A stretch of 64,000 nt of DNA, taken from contig JACPKL010000005.1 in assembly GCA_016187035.1 (NCBI GenBank), positions 135,150 to 199,149 on the forward strand, in the 5' to 3' direction. The number at the start of each line of letters is the position of its first letter. The stretch's first letter is position 1. This DNA comes from Candidatus Daviesbacteria bacterium (GTDB lineage Bacteria; Patescibacteriota; Microgenomatia; Daviesbacterales; UBA10151). Of the stretch, positions 49,355-57,742 are shown piece by piece. A program made the position numbers and the translations under genes. The notes under the pieces were generated by a model. It made no database searches, was not told the DNA's origin, and saw nothing but the letters and a program-made list of their open reading frames with translations.

Positions 49355-51253
49355 TTACTTCAGGCCCAAGGTTGATTTCAGCTCATCAGTAATATTATAA
49401 AGATCTCTGTTAATAAATCTAAATGCATAAAAATTCTCCGTTTTGTAAAATATATTATCAAACTGTAGTCCTTTGACGCCATTTTCTTTAACCACAGCCT
49501 CTTTCAGTTTCTCCGGGCAGAATTTCCCACTACCTCCACATAAGAAATAACTTCGTATTAGCTTAGGAGTTTTTGTTGGCAGAATATGATTTTCTCTAAA
49601 CATAATCCAAAAGTTAAATCCGGCAAGTACGGTTGTTTCATTAAAGTAGCTGTTGTTGGGATCCTGAGATTCATCAAAGAAAAATACAGATGGTTCTGAC
49701 TCGGATAAATTCTCAATATACGATAAAAGTTTTCCCTTCATCCGTATATGTTCAGATGCCCTTGTTCCCGCAGAATCTAACTCATTTGCAAAATAATTAG
49801 AAATGGATTGATTATAAATTGTAAATAAAGGGAGAAGTAATAATAGAGGGATGAATGATATGGGTTTGAGGATTTTGATTGATCGTATTTTATCGTAAGC
49901 TAAAACAAAAGTTATTGCAAGAACAAGACTGATTCCTATAGCAGGAATAGTAAGATAGCGATGTATACCCATAAATACTAAGACTAAATCAGCAGGTAAC
50001 CAAGTTAAAAATATGAAAATGAATGCAAAGAGGGGACCCATAAATAAAGCCAAAGTAAGATTATTCCTTGTTTTACTATTAATCCATTCAAGCAGGAATG
50101 CGCATGCTAAAGATAAAACAAACATCCCGATCAAAGTAGGAGGTATTACAAAACCGGGATCAAAATACATTCTTAATCTGCCCCAAGCATCAACTAAATC
50201 AGGATTAATAGTTTCTCTACGGGTAGCTAGATAAAAAGAAGAAATTAGCAGTGGAATCAAAAATATAAAGGTTGTTATTATAAACCGACGGGGTTTCTTT
50301 GATAACAAGAGTCCAGCGAGTAAGGTAATGCTGCCAAATATAAATAAAGGTCCTTCAAGCAAAAAGCCCAAATAATCGATCAGACTATTTAGCTTAATCT
50401 CTCCAAAAGATATGGTATATTCTCTTGGCAAAAACATACTACCTAAGGCCGCAAAAGGTGTAAAGAGCAGATGCCAGTTACCTTCGGCAATTTTTTGGAA
50501 AAGCAAACGGCTCGTACCTAAAAAAAAATTCATCGAAATATTAAGGATAACGGGTTTTATTATTGTCAAAACAATTGCTGGAGAAAAAAGTAATAGCAGC
50601 CTTTTTAGTCCTAAAATTACAGAGCTTTTGGAAAATTTCTGAGTGAATATGTAAAAAAATTCTCCTACGATAACGAATATTGCCAATGGGTACATTCTTT
50701 CTGTTGCAAAAAGTAAAGCGAGGTAAAAGGAAACTATTGCAGATAGGATTAATCCCCAAGCTAATCTGTTTTTTTGAGCGAGATACCAATACAACCAGAT
50801 AAATATATTCATAAATGCGACTCCAAGATAATTTATGGTAGTCATAACTGTATAAAGAGCTGCTATAGAAGTAAAAGAAAAAGCATAGATTAGTGTTCCT
50901 ACTATGGCAATTAACTTTCTTTTGGTGATTATAAAAAAAATAGGAAAAACAGTTATTGTGGAGAGAAATTTTAAGACATAAGCAACTTGATTATATTTAT
51001 AATAATCTAAGCCAAAGAGAGAATGCTGAATACCTATAAAATAATATTGGGTAGTATATACTCCAGCTTTAGTAAAAAATTCTAAAAAACTTTCCAGCGA
51101 AAAAGGATTGTTTATATATTTATATTGAAGCAGACCTGCCCAATCAATATCTGCAAATCCATAGAGAAGATGCGGTTTTAAAATAAGGTATTGTAAAATT
51201 GCAACTGGGAGAAAAATGCTTAGGAAAAATAGTAAAACGGGTGAACGTCTCAT
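49355..51253 (-). CDS. Multi-TM GT-C-like protein, family B
   Basis: YGFADIDW, ERMYP, EGNWHL, HRYLTIP and FYKTENFYAF. Confidence 0.68.
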   Translation of the reverse strand: MRRSPVLLFFLSIFLPVAILQYLILKPHLLYGFADIDWAGLLQYKYINNPFSLESFLEFFTKAGVYTTQYYFIGIQHSLFGLDYYKYNQVAYVLKFLSTITVFPIFFIITKRKLIAIVGTLIYAFSFTSIAALYTVMTTINYLGVAFMNIFIWLYWYLAQKNRLAWGLILSAIVSFYLALLFATERMYPLAIFVIVGEFFYIFTQKFSKSSVILGLKRLLLLFSPAIVLTIIKPVILNISMNFFLGTSRLLFQKIAEGNWHLLFTPFAALGSMFLPREYTISFGEIKLNSLIDYLGFLLEGPLFIFGSITLLAGLLLSKKPRRFIITTFIFLIPLLISSFYLATRRETINPDLVDAWGRLRMYFDPGFVIPPTLIGMFVLSLACAFLLEWINSKTRNNLTLALFMGPLFAFIFIFLTWLPADLVLVFMGIHRYLTIPAIGISLVLAITFVLAYDKIRSIKILKPISFIPLLLLLPLFTIYNQSISNYFANELDSAGTRASEHIRMKGKLLSYIENLSESEPSVFFFDESQDPNNSYFNETTVLAGFNFWIMFRENHILPTKTPKLIRSYFLCGGSGKFCPEKLKEAVVKENGVKGLQFDNIFYKTENFYAFRFINRDLYNITDELKSTLGLK

Positions 51254-52200
51254 TTTTTATCTAGAAAACTATTCTTCACAATTTCTTCCACTATATAAAC
51301 CGGGCGGGCTTTAGTTTCTTCTACAATAACTTGAATGTATTTTCCAATAATACTAAGAGCCAAAAGTTGGATTCCTCCAAATAGAACAATTGAGAATATT
51401 ATCAACTTGGATACTTCAATTTTTTGCCCAAATAAAATGAATGAAAATAAATAAATAATTACGAATAAGAAAGAGAGGGTTACGATAAGCAGACCCGTAT
51501 ATACAATAATATCCAGCGGTAAATAAGAGAATCCGTAAAAGCTTTTCTCTGCATGATGGATATAACCTAATAAATTATAAGAGCTTTTTCCTCTTTGTCT
51601 AGGGCGGCGGTGATAATTCACATAAGTTGTTTTAAATCCTACCCAGGCTCTTAGACCTCTATTAAATCTATGTTTTTCCGGAAGCTTTTTAATAGCATTC
51701 ATGACCTTTTTATCTAATAAGGCAAAACTGCCTGCATCAACAGGAACTTCAATATTGGAAATACTTCTAAAGATTCTATAATACAATTTCCGGATTTTAG
51801 TCATTAAGAAAGTATCTGCTATTTTCGTCCTTATACCAACTACTACATCAAATCCCCTTTCCCATTCTTTAATAAAACTTAGGATTATATTTGCAGGATC
51901 TTGTAAATCTCCCTCAAAACATACATATGCATCTCCTTGCGCATAATCTAAAGAAGCTTGAATTGATGCCTCGTTACCAAAATTCCTGGATAAGAAGATA
52001 CCAGCAACACCTTTATCTTTTTTAGTGATCTTCCTTATCTCTTCCCTGGTATTATCAGTTGAGCCATTATCTACAAAAATGAAATCATAATTGTAGTTTT
52101 TATTTTTATTTGTAACCTCAACTAGCTCTTTGTAGGCAGGCGCCACATTTAGTTCTTCATTGAAGCAGATAACTCCAATTGAGATGAGTTTCTTTTTCAT
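51250..52200 (-). CDS. GtrB/ArnC-like bactoprenol-phosphate glycosyltransferase (GT2, two C-terminal TM helices)
   Basis: FNEE, DNGSTD, SRNFG, GDLQDP, RGLRAWVGF and IGKYI..I..ETKARP.Y. Confidence 0.9.
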   Translation of the reverse strand: MKKKLISIGVICFNEELNVAPAYKELVEVTNKNKNYNYDFIFVDNGSTDNTREEIRKITKKDKGVAGIFLSRNFGNEASIQASLDYAQGDAYVCFEGDLQDPANIILSFIKEWERGFDVVVGIRTKIADTFLMTKIRKLYYRIFRSISNIEVPVDAGSFALLDKKVMNAIKKLPEKHRFNRGLRAWVGFKTTYVNYHRRPRQRGKSSYNLLGYIHHAEKSFYGFSYLPLDIIVYTGLLIVTLSFLFVIIYLFSFILFGQKIEVSKLIIFSIVLFGGIQLLALSIIGKYIQVIVEETKARPVYIVEEIVKNSFLDKK

Positions 52201-52203
52201 AAA

Positions 52204-52938
52204 CTATTTTTTTCCTACTACAAGAAGGGATACCCCAATGGGCGGAGATAACCATTTTACAGACCAAACATCCAGATAAAAAATTAAAGTTTGAATTTTA
52301 TTGATAAATCGGTTGTATACTATTAACTCGGATCCCCAATCCTTTTCTTTAAACATAGGAAGTTTTTGTAATAGTCTAATAAGTAAGATAGGAGGAAACA
52401 TTAGATAATTAAAGTATTTAATGTCTCTAATAACAAATTGAGTATCCTTGACTTTTGTGGCAAGCATCTTTTTATCATATCGGCGGATATGGTGAGATTT
52501 AGTGTCAAGGTGACTCCATAATAGTTTGATTGCAGGAGTGAATAATATTAAATGTCCTCCCGGAGCAAGTACTCTGTATAACTCTTTCAAATACTCCTTA
52601 TCTTTTGTAACATGTTCTATAACGTCTAAAGACGTAATAATATCAAAGTAATTATCTTTAAAGGGGATTTTTAAGCCATTTTTTAAAAGACGTATTTTGC
52701 TGAAACCTCTTTTTTTGCAATATGCAACAGCTTTTCTTTCAGTGTCAACTCCGTATACTTTTCCAAACTTGCTTAAAAGGTACAAGTTATATCCTGTGCA
52801 GCATCCGGAATCTAATATTCTTAAAGGGGTTTTTTGAGGTAAGTCTTTTAGAATAGCTTCAAGCAATTTTCTCCTGCCTTTAAACCACCAATGATTGGCT
52901 TCATGTTTGTATAAAATGTCATATCTTCTGGATTCCAT
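52204..52938 (-). CDS. Class I SAM-dependent methyltransferase
   Basis: HWWFKGRR, LDSGC, LDVIEH, LAPGG and H.RRY. ATG 52938 lies 6 nt after a TAAAAT box. Confidence 0.88.
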   Translation of the reverse strand: MESRRYDILYKHEANHWWFKGRRKLLEAILKDLPQKTPLRILDSGCCTGYNLYLLSKFGKVYGVDTERKAVAYCKKRGFSKIRLLKNGLKIPFKDNYFDIITSLDVIEHVTKDKEYLKELYRVLAPGGHLILFTPAIKLLWSHLDTKSHHIRRYDKKMLATKVKDTQFVIRDIKYFNYLMFPPILLIRLLQKLPMFKEKDWGSELIVYNRFINKIQTLIFYLDVWSVKWLSPPIGVSLLVVGKK

Positions 52939-53025
52939 AAGCAAATTTTAGATGTCCATTATACTAGCATATTTATTGTACTATCGCTATGTTTGTTGTA
53001 TATTTTCTTCTATAAATAAATCATT

Positions 53026-53892
53026 ATGAAAAAGGTCTCGGTGATTATACCAACATATAATAGTTGGAATACTCTCAAAAGTTGTATTGCCTCAGTTCAA
53101 AATCAAATTTATAAAGCAAAAGAAATAATAGTAGTTAACAACGGATCTAGTGATGGAACTGCAGTAAAGGTCAAAAAAGAGTTTCCTAAAGTTAAACTAA
53201 TTAATTTAAATAAAAATACAGGTGTAACAGGAGGAAGAAATACAGGTATAAAGCATGCTAATTCCTATTCTGATTATTTATTCTTTTTTGATCATGATAT
53301 GGTAGCAGAAAGGAATATGCTTGCCGAGCTTGTGAAAGTTGCAGAATTAAGTAAAGAAATAGGAATTGTTACCCCAAAAATTTATTACTTCGGAAATAAA
53401 AAAAGAATTTGGTCAGCAGGAACAGGAATAAATCTATGGACGGGTCAGATTCTATTTAGAGGCGGAGAAGACGTTGGTCAATATGAGAAGGTGGAAGAGG
53501 TGCAGGTAGCACCTGCAGCACTTTTAGTAAAAAGAGAGTTGATAAAGAAATTAAAATGTTTTGACAATCATTATTTTGTCACGTATGAGGATACTGATTT
53601 TTGTTTCAGAGCGAGAGAGATAGGTTTTAAAACATTTTATGCGCCAAAGGCTTTAGCCTACCATAAAATATCATGGTATTCCAAAGATGATGTAGATAGA
53701 GTATTATCAAGAGCTTACTTTGTAGGGAGAAACAGATTGATCTTCATGAAAAAGTTTGGTAAAAATATTTTCATTTTTTCTGCGTTTTTACCGGTTTTCT
53801 GTGTTTATTATTTATACAAAGCTGCTAAAAATAAAAATCTGAATGGATGGTTTGAGTTTATGAAGGGAACATTTGACGGGTTTTTGGATTAA
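53026..53892 (+). CDS. GT2 glycosyltransferase (WbbL/rhamnosyltransferase-like)
   Basis: IPTYN, NGSSD, N.G..GGRN, DHD and EDTD.C.R. Confidence 0.88.
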   Translation: MKKVSVIIPTYNSWNTLKSCIASVQNQIYKAKEIIVVNNGSSDGTAVKVKKEFPKVKLINLNKNTGVTGGRNTGIKHANSYSDYLFFFDHDMVAERNMLAELVKVAELSKEIGIVTPKIYYFGNKKRIWSAGTGINLWTGQILFRGGEDVGQYEKVEEVQVAPAALLVKRELIKKLKCFDNHYFVTYEDTDFCFRAREIGFKTFYAPKALAYHKISWYSKDDVDRVLSRAYFVGRNRLIFMKKFGKNIFIFSAFLPVFCVYYLYKAAKNKNLNGWFEFMKGTFDGFLD

Positions 53893-53899
53893 ATTTTTG

Positions 53900-56800
53900 A
53901 TGGGCCTTAGGTTAAAATACATACTACTACTTCTGTCTCTGCCTACATTATTAATCCTGATTTGGTTTCGGGATGGTAATCTGATGGCAACAGGAGAGTC
54001 GGGTATTCCCTTTTATGATCTTAGCATCCAACATAATATTAATAAGTCAGCTTGGGCTGCTTATACTTTAGGTCACCCAATCAATATCAGTGTTGCAGGT
54101 GCGCCTACTTATTATTTCTTATCTCTTATCCAGAGAGTTGGAATCCCTTCCCCTATTATTCAAGCTGCGTTTCTATGGTTTGTATTGGTTTGTTCTGGAT
54201 TTGGTATATACTTTTTAACAAAACAGGTCTTTCCGGAAATTCAGAAAAAGTACTTAATTTTCTCAGTACTTTTTTACTGGTTTAATCCTATCTCCTTGGT
54301 AAATGTATGGAACAGATTTCTAAATAATTTCTTATTTTTTTATGCTCTTCTACCAATCTCTCTTTTTCTATTTCTTAAGGGTATAAAAACAAAACAATAT
54401 AAATACGCCATTGTAATTAGTTTAGTTTCAACTGTATTCTCGTATGCATTTACCTCAATAGCATTTGACATGATTCTTTGGATAGTATTTATATACACAA
54501 CCTTTTTTTATTCAGTTGTAAGTAAAGAGAATAATAAATTCTTTGTATTTAAATTCTTCATACTCACTTTTGTTTACTGGTCTCTTGTAAACTTATGGTG
54601 GATCGGGCAAGTCTTAAGCTATATGGGACAAGGCAGTTTTACGTTAGTTTCTTCGAGCTCTTTTATTAGTACAGATAATTACTACACTTTTTATGTGCTT
54701 TCTCAAAGATTAGGTAAGCTTATAGACCTCCTAAGATTTAAGCATTCATCGTTTTTTGCAGATATTGAACTTATCAACTGGGTTAAAATATATCAATTTC
54801 CTTTAATAACTTTTTTTGAATTTCTATTTACTGGTATACTTTTATTTCCAATAGTTATCAAAAGAAAGCATCCAGAAGTGCTATTTTTAGGCCCCCTTTT
54901 TTTATTATCTATTTTTTTCACAAAAGGCAATAATCCTCCCTTTGGTGAAATTTTTAATCAGGCTTTTATAAGTTTTTCCTTTCTACAAGTTTTTAGAAAT
55001 CCTTTTGAAAAAATAGGGTTTATCTTACCTCTTTCTGCAGCTCCGCTTTTTTGTATGGGAGCTTTTTCGATAATTAGAAGATTAAATAAAAGATGGGGGA
55101 ACGTGATGTTTTTTTTAATTCTCTTTTGGCTGGTTATTATCTGGGGAGGACCTTTTTGGAGTGGACTTGTTTTTACAGGTGGGCCAATTCCAACAAACAA
55201 TTATAAAGTCGGTTACCATATAAAAGTACCTGATTATTATAAACAAGCCGCGGATTGGTTGGCTTCTCAAAGCAGAAATTTTAGATTAACGGTTCTTCCA
55301 ATTGGAGGTGAGGGTATTACGTATTCTTGGGTAAAAGGATACTCAGGGGTTGAACTATCAAATCAACTCTTACCAGTCACTTCAGTATCCTTTAGTACGA
55401 ATATTCCGTTTTATGAACAAGTCTCTATGAATCTAGAAAGGCTTTTTCTTACCAAGAATGAATTTCCAAAAGTTATGGATATATTAAATAGTAAGTATTT
55501 AGTGGTCAGATCTGATATAGATTGGAAAACTCGTAACATGAGGAATCCTCAAGTGATTGATAATAGAATTGAAGCTTTGAAACCTTCTCCTTATAAGTTT
55601 AATAATGTTAGGACGTTTGATAAGTTATCTTTTTGGGAATATTCAGACTGGGAGGATAGAACGATTTATCCTGCAAAGAGAATTGTTAAGGCAAGCGGCG
55701 CTTTAAAAATAGATGATATATTACAGTTAGATAAGGAGGATGTCCTTTATAGTAATGATAATAAGATTATAAGCCAGGATTTAGTTAAAGCAGAGATTAT
55801 TCATCCTTCGTATAAGTTTGAATTGGGCAGTAAGCGAACACATACTGATTTTAGCTTTACGGATGACCTGATCTTCCCAGCTGTAAAAGTTCTTCCCTCT
55901 CATAGGTTTTATTCACTTATACTACTTAAAGAGAGAATTGAAGATTTGTCGATTAGAAATAGAGAGGAACTTCTTGTAAGAAAAATATCTCTTTTAGGAA
56001 AAAGATTGATAGAAGCTGAAAAGGAGTTAGAAAGAGGCAATTTAAATGGAATGAAGATTTCTTTACTTGCTTATATTAAAAATCTACAAGAAGTTATTCC
56101 AAAGGTTCCAAACGTTGGTATAAAAATTAACAATCAATCAATAACCCAGGAGGAGCTATATATAGTCTTTAACAGACATGTTGAAAAGATTAGTAAATTT
56201 AAAAAGAATTTTCCGGAAAATGAAACAATAAAAGTAGCTGAAGAGACTTTAAAACATCTGCTAATCGAAAGAGGAATATCGCCTTATTTTGGATATCAAG
56301 ATAAACAAAGCTTTCCTATTAAAGGTAGAAAAGTTTATCAATTTTCCATAGATCATTCTGGAAATTACGAACTTCTTTTAGATGCAAAATCTTGGGATAA
56401 GTATTTTAGATTGTCTTGGAATGAGCCTTTATTGATTCAAATTGATGATAATATAGTTTATACAGATGCTGTTTTTAAAAATGACTATGTTTCTTTAGGA
56501 TCTTTTAATTTTAATAAAGGAAAACACGAGATTGCCTGGAACACCCCTAAAGAAATTAATCTAGTAGAAGTCCCGTCAGAGTTTACTCTTAATATCGGTC
56601 ACGGGGTAGCTGAGAAAACATTTGGAATAAATTCATTTGATCCCTATTCCTCTTATATTTTAAATTTTAATTATTTAATCAAAAAAGGTAGTGGTATAGA
56701 GGTAACCATAGAACAGAATAATGATAAATATAAAAAAGATAAAATAGATCCTAATTTTTTTAAGTATGCAGGACCAGATTTGTATAATTTTACAGATGTT

Positions 56801-57382
56801 AAACAACTTTCTGAGTATTTTCTTCCATTTTCTACTGCTGATTCGGCAAAACTGGTGTTTAAGGTAAGGCCTTGGAATAATTGTAAAGAAGCGCTTAAAT
56901 ATCTCGGGAATGAAAAATGTAATGAAGAACAAACAAAGAAGAGATTTGATATGCCAACTGAGGTTTTAATAAGTAATGTCTCCTTAAATAAAATTTTGAA
57001 AGAATCTCCATTTTTAGTTAAGAAGAATAATCAAGACTCTATACTTACTTTGCCAAATATCACTTATACAAAGATAAATAACTCAGAGTATAAAGTTAAA
57101 GTAAAGGATGCACAAAATCCATTTATTCTGGTTTTAAGTGAACTCTTTGATCCTGGATGGAAAGTATACTCAAGTTCTAATAAAGAGGTAGGTGAAGAGC
57201 ATTTTTTAGCAAACACCTACGCAAATGGTTGGTTAATTAATCAAAAGGGAAGTTATGATTTGATGATAAAATATGAACCTCAAGAAATATTAAAAAAAGG
57301 AGAGAATACGTCTATCTTGACTATTCTAGCAGGACTATTATTTTTGGGAGGGAGGTTTCTTTGTAGGAATGAAAAAAAATAA
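53900..57382 (+). CDS. Large multi-TM GT-C-like glycosyltransferase, family A, with a ~430-aa extracellular insertion
   Basis: VWNRF, FRNPFEK, VPDYY and HFLANTYANGW; closely similar to the 14173 gene outside the insert. Confidence 0.7.
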   Translation: MGLRLKYILLLLSLPTLLILIWFRDGNLMATGESGIPFYDLSIQHNINKSAWAAYTLGHPINISVAGAPTYYFLSLIQRVGIPSPIIQAAFLWFVLVCSGFGIYFLTKQVFPEIQKKYLIFSVLFYWFNPISLVNVWNRFLNNFLFFYALLPISLFLFLKGIKTKQYKYAIVISLVSTVFSYAFTSIAFDMILWIVFIYTTFFYSVVSKENNKFFVFKFFILTFVYWSLVNLWWIGQVLSYMGQGSFTLVSSSSFISTDNYYTFYVLSQRLGKLIDLLRFKHSSFFADIELINWVKIYQFPLITFFEFLFTGILLFPIVIKRKHPEVLFLGPLFLLSIFFTKGNNPPFGEIFNQAFISFSFLQVFRNPFEKIGFILPLSAAPLFCMGAFSIIRRLNKRWGNVMFFLILFWLVIIWGGPFWSGLVFTGGPIPTNNYKVGYHIKVPDYYKQAADWLASQSRNFRLTVLPIGGEGITYSWVKGYSGVELSNQLLPVTSVSFSTNIPFYEQVSMNLERLFLTKNEFPKVMDILNSKYLVVRSDIDWKTRNMRNPQVIDNRIEALKPSPYKFNNVRTFDKLSFWEYSDWEDRTIYPAKRIVKASGALKIDDILQLDKEDVLYSNDNKIISQDLVKAEIIHPSYKFELGSKRTHTDFSFTDDLIFPAVKVLPSHRFYSLILLKERIEDLSIRNREELLVRKISLLGKRLIEAEKELERGNLNGMKISLLAYIKNLQEVIPKVPNVGIKINNQSITQEELYIVFNRHVEKISKFKKNFPENETIKVAEETLKHLLIERGISPYFGYQDKQSFPIKGRKVYQFSIDHSGNYELLLDAKSWDKYFRLSWNEPLLIQIDDNIVYTDAVFKNDYVSLGSFNFNKGKHEIAWNTPKEINLVEVPSEFTLNIGHGVAEKTFGINSFDPYSSYILNFNYLIKKGSGIEVTIEQNNDKYKKDKIDPNFFKYAGPDLYNFTDVKQLSEYFLPFSTADSAKLVFKVRPWNNCKEALKYLGNEKCNEEQTKKRFDMPTEVLISNVSLNKILKESPFLVKKNNQDSILTLPNITYTKINNSEYKVKVKDAQNPFILVLSELFDPGWKVYSSSNKEVGEEHFLANTYANGWLINQKGSYDLMIKYEPQEILKKGENTSILTILAGLLFLGGRFLCRNEKK

Positions 57383-57692
57383 ATTATTACTACTTATATT
57401 TAAGTTAACATTGTTTATTATTCTGGTTAGTAGTCTAATTGTAAGAAATTATCAATCCACTATTTTTGATCAATTATTCTATTGGTGGATTTTGTTATTA
57501 ATGATTTTTATTGGATTAACATTACATTTCAAAAGCATTTTTTATTTATCGTCGGCCTTTATCTTGTTTTTTATATCAGCCATATTAACCGTAGTTGGGT
57601 CAAAGGAAATAGCAGAAGGAGTAATGCGCATAAGTCTTATTGGTTGGTTAATCGGATTAATTCAATCTGTGGTTGAATATAAGATTTCCTAG
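57369..57692 (+). CDS. Small 3-4 TM membrane protein, coupled to the family A gene
   Basis: Overlaps the upstream stop; KSIFYL...AE.VMRISL..WLIGL matches the 16389 ORF. Confidence 0.75.
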   Translation: MKKNKLLLLIFKLTLFIILVSSLIVRNYQSTIFDQLFYWWILLLMIFIGLTLHFKSIFYLSSAFILFFISAILTVVGSKEIAEGVMRISLIGWLIGLIQSVVEYKIS

Positions 57693-57742
57693 TCTTCACC
57701 TCGGAGTAAATATAAAGTACTATAATAATTGTAAATTAGTTC

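Noticed and set aside
34604..51253. Diversity-generating retroelement or invertible cassette as the cause of paralogue diversity
   Set aside because: No reverse transcriptase or invertase is present, and no near-identical TR/VR pair differing only at adenines was seen; identity is limited to patches of about 20 nt.
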